Positions 8,835-15,444 of a DNA stretch of 15,444 nucleotides are shown here, piece after piece. A program made the position numbers and the translations under genes. The notes under the pieces were generated by a model, which was not told the DNA's origin, made no database searches, and was given only the letters and a program-made list of their open reading frames with translations. Origin of the DNA: a bacterium (GTDB lineage: Bacteria > BMS3Abin14); the NCBI GenBank assembly GCA_020349685.1, contig CP070698.1:476040-491483 (forward strand). The letters run 5' to 3'. Numbering within the stretch: position 1 is the stretch's first letter; the number at the start of each line of letters is the position of its first letter.

Positions 8835-9649
8835 TGGCCTTTGATTACGACAAATACATGCGCCCTGGAAAACTTCCGCACATCTGGTGTCCCGGGTGCG
8901 CTCACGGGATCGTGATGAAGTCCATCATCAGGGCCATCGACAGGGTGGGGCTGGATAAGGACAGGACCGTTATCGTTTCCGGTATCGGCTGCGCATCACG
9001 GATGCCGGGGTACGTGGATTTCAACACCCTGCACACCACCCACGGCCGCTCCCTGGCCTTTGCCACCGGCGTGAAGCTGGCCGATCCGAGCCTCAACGTC
9101 ATCTGTGTGGCCGGCGACGGCGATGCCCTCGCCATCGGCGGGAACCACTTCATCCACGCCTGCCGCAGGAATATTGACATCACCATGGTCGTCTTTAACA
9201 ACAACATCTACGGCATGACCGGCGGCCAGTTCTCTCCCACAACGCCTCACGGGAAGTTGGCCAGCACCACCCCCTACGGAAACCCCGATTACGCTTTCGA
9301 CGTTGTGGAGTTGTCCATGGGAGCAGGGGCGACTTACGTGTCGAGGGGCACGGTCTACCACGCCGTTCCACTGGAGAGGCAGATCGCCGACGGGATCACG
9401 CACAAGGGGATGTCGGTCATCGACGCCCTTTGCACATGCCCCACCACTTACGGCAGAAGGAACAAGCTCGGATCGGCAACGGACATGATCCTCTGGTTCA
9501 AGGACAACACCGTCGGGATCAAGGCCGCCGAAAGACTGTCCCCCGAGGAAAGGGCGGAGAAGATCCTCACCGGCGTGTTCAGGCAGGATATCAAGCCGGA
9601 GTACTGTGAGGAATATCAGAAGATCATCGACATGGCCAAGGGAGCCTGA
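8834..9649 (+). CDS. korB: 2-oxoglutarate:ferredoxin oxidoreductase beta subunit (TPP-binding)
   Basis: WCPGC, SGIGC, HGR, GDGD...NNNIYGMTGGQFSPTT, CPT; TAATG coupling to korA. Confidence 0.93.
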   Translation: MAFDYDKYMRPGKLPHIWCPGCAHGIVMKSIIRAIDRVGLDKDRTVIVSGIGCASRMPGYVDFNTLHTTHGRSLAFATGVKLADPSLNVICVAGDGDALAIGGNHFIHACRRNIDITMVVFNNNIYGMTGGQFSPTTPHGKLASTTPYGNPDYAFDVVELSMGAGATYVSRGTVYHAVPLERQIADGITHKGMSVIDALCTCPTTYGRRNKLGSATDMILWFKDNTVGIKAAERLSPEERAEKILTGVFRQDIKPEYCEEYQKIIDMAKGA

Positions 9650-9744
9650 GAACCTTTGGTTCTTATGCCTGTCAGCGGGAAATACAGGGGACCTGCAGTC
9701 CTTAAGACCAATTTGAGAGACGGTTTTAACGTAATTTTATCTGG

Positions 9745-9764
9745 GTTTTCAGTTTTCTGAAAAC
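9745..9764. promoter_or_regulatory. Palindrome just upstream of the korC SD
   Basis: GTTTTCAG-TTTT-CTGAAAAC. It shares the TTTTCAG/CTGAAAA arms with 4612-4639. Confidence 0.45.
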
Positions 9765-9781
9765 GCAGGCGGGAGGATAAG

Positions 9782-10318
9782 ATGGCTCAAAGGTACGAAG
9801 TGCGACTCAGCGGCTCGGGAGGTCAGGGACTCGTTCTCGGAGGCGTCATCCTGGCTGAGGCCGTAGCGCTGTTTGAGGGCATCAACGCCGTCCAGACCCA
9901 GTCCTACGGCCCCGAGGCCAGGGGCGGCGCCAGCAAGTCGGAAGTGATCATCTCCGACGAGAGCATCGATTACCCTAAAGCGACCAAGATTGACCTGCTG
10001 CTCAGCCTGACCCAGGAGGCCTGCGACAAGTATTCGGTGGACCTGAAAGAGGGCGGCATCCTCATCGCCGACAAGAGGATGGTCACGAAACTGCCCGAGG
10101 GGAACTACAAGGTATACCATCTGCCCATTATCGATACCGCCAAGGAGAAGGCGGGGAAGGTCTTCGTCGCCAATATTGTTGCGTTGGGCGCCATCGCGGG
10201 CCTTCTCGACAGCGTTTCCATTGAGAACGTAGAAAAAGCGGTTCTGCAGAGGGTCCCGAAGGGAACGGAGAACCTCAACCGGAGAGCCCTCGCACTCGGT
10301 TATGAACTGGTCACCTGA
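9782..10318 (+). CDS. korC: 2-oxoglutarate:ferredoxin oxidoreductase gamma subunit
   Basis: GSGGQG, QSYGPEARGGAS, ANIVALGA and NRRAL motifs of the POR/KOR gamma family; SD GGGAGG. Confidence 0.93.
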   Translation: MAQRYEVRLSGSGGQGLVLGGVILAEAVALFEGINAVQTQSYGPEARGGASKSEVIISDESIDYPKATKIDLLLSLTQEACDKYSVDLKEGGILIADKRMVTKLPEGNYKVYHLPIIDTAKEKAGKVFVANIVALGAIAGLLDSVSIENVEKAVLQRVPKGTENLNRRALALGYELVT

Positions 10319-10328
10319 CAATGCCGGT

Positions 10329-10383
10329 CGTTCCTCTTCTGGTTCACCCGGCCCGGACTGTCCCGGGTCAGGGGAGAGGAGCG
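10329..10383 (+). other. GC-rich hairpin between korC and sdhC, no U-tract
   Basis: CGTTCCTCTTCT pairs with GGGAGAGGAGCG (12 bp including G-U), with an inner GGCCCGG/CCGGGTC stem. Confidence 0.6.
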
Positions 10384-10412
10384 TAAAGGCCATTTCAAAA
10401 AAGGAATGAGAC

Positions 10413-11078
10413 ATGTCATTGTTAACCAGCAGTGTTGGCAGAAAGGTGCTTATGGCCGTGAGCGGGTTTTTCCTGCTCATGTTCATCGTCGCTCACCTTG
10501 CCGGTAATTCCACCATCTTCATCGGATCGGACTGGCTCAACGCCTACGCGGAACATCTCCACGAACTGGGTCCTTTCGTATGGGTGTTCAGGGCGTTCAT
10601 GCTGGCCATGCTCCTGATCCACATCCTCTTCGGTGTCATCCTGACCCTTGAGAACTGGGGAGCCAATCCGGGGAAATACGCCGTCACGAAGAGGCTCAAG
10701 GTCACCTTTTCCAGCAGGACCATGATATGGACAGGGCTGCTCCTCCTCTCCTTTATTGTCTACCATCTGCTCCAGTTCACTTTCCGCGTCACACCGGAGA
10801 TCGTTCTGGCTGCAGACGAGGTGGGACGCTTCGATGTCTTTACCATGGTCGTCAGCAGCCTGCGGATCGTGGCCATCGCCGCGATCTATATCTTTGCGAT
10901 GGTTGTTCTGTTCCTGCACACCCGGCACGGCATTCAGAGTTTTCTTCAAACCCTCGGCCTCAGCAACGACAACCTTCAGCCGAAGTACGCTCTGGCCGGC
11001 AAGCTGATATCGGCGGTTTTCCTGGTGGGATTCGGGGCTATCCCGGTCCTTATTTTTACCGGCATTCTGGTCAAATAG
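10413..11078 (+). CDS. sdhC: Succinate dehydrogenase/fumarate reductase cytochrome b subunit (single anchor, b558-type, likely di-heme)
   Basis: About five hydrophobic segments; [11 protein letters not shown]; candidate His ligands in AHLAGN, IHI, YHLLQF and LHTRHG. Confidence 0.92.
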   Translation: MSLLTSSVGRKVLMAVSGFFLLMFIVAHLAGNSTIFIGSDWLNAYAEHLHELGPFVWVFRAFMLAMLLIHILFGVILTLENWGANPGKYAVTKRLKVTFSSRTMIWTGLLLLSFIVYHLLQFTFRVTPEIVLAADEVGRFDVFTMVVSSLRIVAIAAIYIFAMVVLFLHTRHGIQSFLQTLGLSNDNLQPKYALAGKLISAVFLVGFGAIPVLIFTGILVK

Positions 11079-11089
11079 GGGGCACGACA

Positions 11090-13003
11090 GTGATACTCGA
11101 CGGAAAGAGTCCGACAGGACCCATTGAAAGCACCTGGGACAAGCACCGTTTCGACATGAAACTGGTCAACCCGGCCAACAAGAGGAAATACAAGATCCTG
11201 GTGGTGGGGACGGGTCTTGCGGGAGCGTCCGCTGCGGCCAGCCTCGGTGAACTGGGATACAATGTGGAGGCTTTCTGCTACCAGGATTCTCCCCGCCGCG
11301 CCCACTCCATCGCAGCGCAGGGGGGGATCAACGCCGCCAAGAACTATCCCAACGACGGGGACAGCATCCGGAGGCTGTTCTACGATACGGTCAAGGGTGG
11401 CGATTTCAGGGCCCGCGAGGCCGATGTCTGGCGTCTTGCCCAGGTCAGCAACAACATTATCGATCAGTGCGTGGCCCAGGGAGTTCCCTTCGCCAGGGAC
11501 TACGCCGGCTACCTGGACAACCGGTCCTTCGGCGGGGCCCAGGTATCGAGAACCTTCTATGCACGGGGCCAGACAGGCCAGCAGCTTCTCCTCGGCGCCT
11601 ACTCGGCCCTTTCGAGGCAGATCAAGCTCGGTACGGTCAAGCTGTTCCCGCGGACCGAGATGCTCGACCTGGTTCTCGTCGAGGGGGAAGCCAAAGGTAT
11701 CACCATCCGGGATCTGGTCACCGGTGAGATCCGCAACCACGTGGGTGACGCGGTGGTCCTGTGCACGGGCGGGTACGCCAACGTCTTCGACCTTTCCACC
11801 ATGGCCAGGGGAGCGAGTGTCAGCGCCAACTGGGTCGCCTACAAGAAGGGGGCCTACTTTGCCAACCCGTGCTACACGCAGATCCACCCCACGTGCATTC
11901 CCCAGTCCGGGGATTACCAGTCCAAACTGACCCTCATGTCCGAGTCCCTGCGCAACGACGGAAGATGCTGGGTGCCCAAGAAGCACGGGGACAACCGTCC
12001 GCCGGGGGAGATTCCGGAGGAAGACAGGGATTACTATCTGGAAAGGAAATACCCCTCCTTCGGGAACCTGGCCCCCCGTGACATCGCCTCCAGAGCCGCC
12101 AAGGAGCAGTGCGACGACGGCAGGGGCGTTGGGCCGGGAGGCCGCGGTGTCTACCTCGATTTCGCCGACGCTATCGGGCGGCTCGGGGAGGATGTCATCC
12201 GGGAGCGGTACGGCAACCTGTTCGAGATGTACGAACTGATCACCGCCGAGAACGGCTACAAGGTCCCCATGCGCATCTACCCTGCCCCTCACTACGCCAT
12301 GGGAGGGTTGTGGGTCGATTACAACCTCATGAGCAACCTGCCCGGCCTGTTCGTTCTCGGCGAGGCCAACTTTTCGGTCCACGGGGCCAACAGACTGGGG
12401 GCCAGCGCCCTGATGCAGGGGCTTGCTGACGGGTACTTCGTCATTCCGTACACGATAGCCCACTACCTGGCCCAGACCAGCCTGGGTATGCTCAAGGAGG
12501 ACGCCCCGGAGTGCAAAGCATCTGTCAGCGAGGTCAACGCCCGGATCGACAGGCTTCTTTCCATCAAGGGAGAAAGGACTGTTGCCGAGTTCCACCGGGA
12601 ACTGGGATCGCTCATGTGGAACAACGTGGGTATGGCCCGGAGCGAGGCAACCCTGACGGAAGCTATCGAAAAGATCCCCGCTATCCGCGCCCAGTTCTGG
12701 GAGAACCTGCGGATCCCGGGTAACGGGGCCGAGATCAACCAGCAGCTCGAGAACGCCGGGCGTGTGGCCGACTTCCTTGAGTTCGCCGAGCTTTTCGCGA
12801 GGGACGCCCTGCATCGAAAGGAATCGTGCGGAGGGCATTTCCGCGTCGAGTACCAGACCGAGGATGGCGAAGCCATGCGCGACGATGAGAACTTCTGCTA
12901 CTCGGCCGCCTGGGGATACAGGGGTGTTGACCAGGAACCCGAGATGCACAAGGAGCCACTCAAGTTCGAGAACGTAGAACTGGCGGTAAGGAGCTACAAA
13001 TAA
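11090..13003 (+). CDS. sdhA: Succinate dehydrogenase/fumarate reductase flavoprotein subunit (637 aa)
   Basis: VVGTGLAG, covalent-FAD motif [37 protein letters not shown]. Start placed at GTG 11090 after AGGGGG; the ORF-track extension to 10727 overlaps sdhC. Confidence 0.96.
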   Translation: MILDGKSPTGPIESTWDKHRFDMKLVNPANKRKYKILVVGTGLAGASAAASLGELGYNVEAFCYQDSPRRAHSIAAQGGINAAKNYPNDGDSIRRLFYDTVKGGDFRAREADVWRLAQVSNNIIDQCVAQGVPFARDYAGYLDNRSFGGAQVSRTFYARGQTGQQLLLGAYSALSRQIKLGTVKLFPRTEMLDLVLVEGEAKGITIRDLVTGEIRNHVGDAVVLCTGGYANVFDLSTMARGASVSANWVAYKKGAYFANPCYTQIHPTCIPQSGDYQSKLTLMSESLRNDGRCWVPKKHGDNRPPGEIPEEDRDYYLERKYPSFGNLAPRDIASRAAKEQCDDGRGVGPGGRGVYLDFADAIGRLGEDVIRERYGNLFEMYELITAENGYKVPMRIYPAPHYAMGGLWVDYNLMSNLPGLFVLGEANFSVHGANRLGASALMQGLADGYFVIPYTIAHYLAQTSLGMLKEDAPECKASVSEVNARIDRLLSIKGERTVAEFHRELGSLMWNNVGMARSEATLTEAIEKIPAIRAQFWENLRIPGNGAEINQQLENAGRVADFLEFAELFARDALHRKESCGGHFRVEYQTEDGEAMRDDENFCYSAAWGYRGVDQEPEMHKEPLKFENVELAVRSYK

Positions 13004-13770
13004 TGAGCGCGAACAGTGAACACGGGACGATGACCCTGAAATTGATCGTCTGGCGCCAGAAGGGGCCCAACGAGCCTGGTCGTTTCGAGACCTACCTTGC
13101 CAAGGGGATCACGGAACACCATTCCTTCCTGGAGATGCTCGACGTCGTGAACCAGGATCTCATCAAGGAAGGCAAGGAACCCATCGTTTTCGATCACGAT
13201 TGTCGTGAGGGGATCTGCGGGACCTGCTCCCAGGTCATCAACGGGCTTCCCCATGGAGGACAGGTCCGGACGACCGTCTGCCAGCTTCACATGCGCAAGT
13301 TCAAGGACGGCGACACTATCTACATCGAACCGTGGAAGGCCAAAGCTTTCCCGGTCCTTAAGGATCTCATGGTCGACAGGGGCGCTCTGGACAAGGTCAT
13401 CCAGGCCGGCGGTTATACCTCGGCCCGCACAGGTGCCGCGCCGGACGGCAATTCCATCCTCATCTCCAAGGAATCGGCCGATTACGCCATGGACGCGGCC
13501 GAGTGCATCGGCTGCGGAGCCTGCGTGGCTGCCTGTCCCAACGGGGCGGCCATGCTCTTTACGGGCGCCAAGGTCTCTCAGTTGGCGGCCCTGCCCCAGG
13601 GCAAGGTCGAGGCGGCCGAGCGTGTCAACAGCATGCTCAATGCCATGAAGGAGTGCGGTTTCGGCAACTGCACAAACCACTTTGAGTGCCAGGCAGCCTG
13701 CCCCAAGGGTATCGATGTCAAGTTCATCGCGAGGCTCAACAGGGAGTACCTGAAAGCGTTGGTGTTTTAA
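13003..13770 (+). CDS. sdhB: Succinate dehydrogenase/fumarate reductase iron-sulfur subunit
   Basis: [11 protein letters not shown] [2Fe-2S], [12 protein letters not shown] and [17 protein letters not shown] coupling to sdhA (ATG 13030 is an alternative start). Confidence 0.96.
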   Translation: MSANSEHGTMTLKLIVWRQKGPNEPGRFETYLAKGITEHHSFLEMLDVVNQDLIKEGKEPIVFDHDCREGICGTCSQVINGLPHGGQVRTTVCQLHMRKFKDGDTIYIEPWKAKAFPVLKDLMVDRGALDKVIQAGGYTSARTGAAPDGNSILISKESADYAMDAAECIGCGACVAACPNGAAMLFTGAKVSQLAALPQGKVEAAERVNSMLNAMKECGFGNCTNHFECQAACPKGIDVKFIARLNREYLKALVF

Positions 13771-13773
13771 AGT

Positions 13774-13975
13774 TCCGTGAACAGTGATTTGTGATTCGTG
13801 ATTGGAGAAATCACGCATTTAACGTCTGTTAAACCTTGTTAGATTCTTAAACCCGTGGCATATTATCTATTCTGATTTCAGATTAGATATGTGTTGCTAC
13901 GGGTTTCAGATTTGGGGGACCACAAAGGTTTTTTCCCGAATTTCGAATCACGAGTTACGGTTCACGAATCACAGG
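13774..13975. repeat. Inverted heptamer arrays (TTCGTGA/TCACGAA family) enclosing a long hairpin
   Basis: Left: TCCGTGA ACAGTGA TTTGTGA TTCGTGA TTGGAGA (13774-13808). Right: TCCCGAA TTTCGAA TCACGAG TTACGGT TCACGAA TCACAGG (13934-13975). Central inverted repeat at 13849-13906. Confidence 0.8.
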
Positions 13976-13994
13976 GCTTAAGGGAGGTAAGCAG

Positions 13995-14489
13995 ATGAGC
14001 AAATCGGAGAAGAACCTGGCGGAGGCCTTTGCCGGTGAATCCCAGGCCAACAGAAAATATCTCGCTTTCGCGAAGAAAGCCGACGAGGAAGGGTTCCCTC
14101 AGGTGGCAAGGCTGTTTCGAGCCGCCGCCGCTGCCGAGACGGTCCATGCCCACGCCCACTTCAAGGTCCTGGGAGGGATCGGTGACACGGCTTCCAACCT
14201 CCAGGAGGCCATCGGCGGGGAGACCCACGAGTTCATGAACATGTATCCCCAGATGATCGAGGAGGCCAAAGCAGAGGGAAACAAGGAAGCCCAGATGAGC
14301 TTCATGTATGCCAACGCCGTCGAGAAGATCCATGCCGAGCTCTACAAAAAGGCCCTCGATGCCATGGAAGGGCTGGCCGAGACCGCCTATTTCGTCTGCG
14401 ACGTTTGCGGAAACACCGTGGAAGGGGAGGCTCCCGAAAGGTGCCCTGTCTGCGGGATGGACAAGAGTCACTTTATGAAGATCGACTGA
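13995..14489 (+). CDS. rbr: Rubrerythrin
   Basis: Di-iron ligands in AFAGESQA, ETVHA, GETHE and EKIHA; C-terminal rubredoxin-like CDVCG...CPVCG; SD GGGAGG. Confidence 0.95.
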   Translation: MSKSEKNLAEAFAGESQANRKYLAFAKKADEEGFPQVARLFRAAAAAETVHAHAHFKVLGGIGDTASNLQEAIGGETHEFMNMYPQMIEEAKAEGNKEAQMSFMYANAVEKIHAELYKKALDAMEGLAETAYFVCDVCGNTVEGEAPERCPVCGMDKSHFMKID

Positions 14490-14554
14490 GATAAGCACAA
14501 ACGAATAATTTATGAGCCCGGCGAAAAGCCGGGCTCTGTGCGTTTGTGCTTATC
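14490..14554. terminator. Compound hairpin between convergent genes, probable bidirectional terminator
   Basis: Outer perfect 14 bp GATAAGCACAAACG/CGTTTGTGCTTATC; inner 9 bp GAGCCCGGC-GAAAA-GCCGGGCTC. Confidence 0.75.
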
Positions 14555-14557
14555 AGT

Positions 14558-14587
14558 GTCTAGTTTCTAGACTCTAGATTCTAGAAA
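14558..14587. repeat. Heptamer array (TCTAG family) overlapping the J-domain gene stop
   Basis: GTCTAGT TTCTAGA CTCTAGA TTCTAGA; the last unit supplies the minus-strand TAG (14581-14583). Confidence 0.8.
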
Positions 14588-15294
14588 CTCATCATCCTTT
14601 CAACCCTCTCATTATGCTTCCTCATCAGCCCGATGAGATAGACGATCTCCGCCTCCTCAAGGATGCCGATCTCCTGGAAGAACTCCCCTATGGGCCGCTG
14701 GAGCCATCTTTGAAACCCCAGCACGGAATCGCGCTGAAAGGGTGTCATGTAACCCAGCCGTGTGGCGGTTTCCCCAAGCTTTTCCCCCTTGCGGCTGCCA
14801 GAGAGGAGGGTCTTCAGGTCTTTGGATGAAAGGAATTTCCAGTTCCGGGCGATCTTGCCGAAAGTGGGCCTTTGCCGGCGCTGCCACGCCACGGCGGAGA
14901 TCATGGTGCCGAAGGTGATGAGTCCCGCGTAGTAGAGGAACTGACCGAAGAGAAGCTTCACGGGGGGGATGTCCGCTTCCCAGTAGTGTTCGCCGGGAGT
15001 ACGGCTCTGATCGCCGGCGGATCCGGCTCCATGCCGTCCCTTTCCGGTGGAGCCGAAGGCGGGGCCGATGAGTTCCCGCAGGCGCTGGTAGGCCGTCTGC
15101 ACATCCTTGAAAAGTTCACTCAGTTCGTCGCTGTTTTTGCCCAGGATCCTGGCCCTGTCGGGATGGAGTTCCATGGCCCTCCGGCGGAAAGCCGCTTTGA
15201 GTCCTTCCGGGTCGAGCTGCCTGAGAAGCTCGGATTCAGCCTTGCCCGACTCACCGTAGAGAAGGCGCAGGGCGGAAGCGATCTCGGGGCTCAC
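14581..15294 (-). CDS. J-domain (DnaJ-like) protein with C-terminal MshEN-like repeats
   Basis: LKAAFRRRAMELHPDR...FKDVQTAYQRL is a J-domain with HPD. Four 24-aa xhG-x6-G repeats follow. Start placed at GTG 15294, 8 nt after AAGGAGGAG (the ORF track gives TTG 15357). Confidence 0.85.
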   Translation of the reverse strand: MSPEIASALRLLYGESGKAESELLRQLDPEGLKAAFRRRAMELHPDRARILGKNSDELSELFKDVQTAYQRLRELIGPAFGSTGKGRHGAGSAGDQSRTPGEHYWEADIPPVKLLFGQFLYYAGLITFGTMISAVAWQRRQRPTFGKIARNWKFLSSKDLKTLLSGSRKGEKLGETATRLGYMTPFQRDSVLGFQRWLQRPIGEFFQEIGILEEAEIVYLIGLMRKHNERVERMMSF

Positions 15295-15362
15295 GGAATA
15301 CACTCCTCCTTCTGTGTGTCTGTTTCCTGTAAACGGAAACAGGAATAAAAGCGACAACCGCC

Positions 15363-15423
15363 ACTTGACACTTACAGTATTTTGGAAAATCTTGTCACAT
15401 CTGTCAAGTCTTCTGGTGACAAG
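15363..15423. promoter_or_regulatory. Putative promoter/operator region of the J-domain gene
   Basis: TTGACA on both strands (15365-15370 plus, 15407-15402 minus); imperfect palindrome CTTGTCA-CATC-TGTCAAG at 15391-15408. Confidence 0.4.
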
Positions 15424-15444
15424 CAGGATTGTTCGACGAGCCGA

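Noticed and set aside
10727-11089. 121-aa N-terminal extension of SdhA, or an sdhC-sdhA frameshift fusion
   Set aside because: It is an alternative frame of sdhC. GTG 11090 has its own SD and gives a normal-length subunit.
10976-12949. Long antisense ORFs (657 aa here; also 6134-7372, 3601-4497, 1232-2044 and others)
   Set aside because: Shadow ORFs expected opposite GC-rich genes; no motifs recognised.
15295-15357. Hydrophobic N-terminus (MSLLFLFPF) as a signal peptide of the J protein
   Set aside because: The strong SD AAGGAGGAG lies downstream of this TTG and points to GTG 15294.

Overview
GC-rich bacterial window that looks deltaproteobacterial (Desulfobacterota-like; inferred from gene types only). 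It holds aspS (probably non-discriminating), then a co-oriented central-carbon cluster mdh - split class I fumarase (alpha, beta) - sucCD - korDABC - sdh/frdCAB, then rubrerythrin and a convergent J-domain gene. The coding content is mostly housekeeping. Three things stand out. (1) A recurring intergenic architecture of inverted 7-nt tandem arrays lying between an upstream gene and the next ribosome-binding site, with at least five array loci in two or three unit families, including a 25-unit array before aspS. (2) A candidate sRNA or attenuator upstream of mdh, with a promoter, a GTATAC operator, a long hairpin with a C-rich loop and an intrinsic terminator. (3) A J-domain protein carrying four tandem MshEN-like 24-aa repeats. 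Most non-overlapping junctions in the cluster also carry long hairpins. No CRISPR array, tRNA, rRNA or transposase was seen. All structures were paired by eye; nothing was computed or searched.
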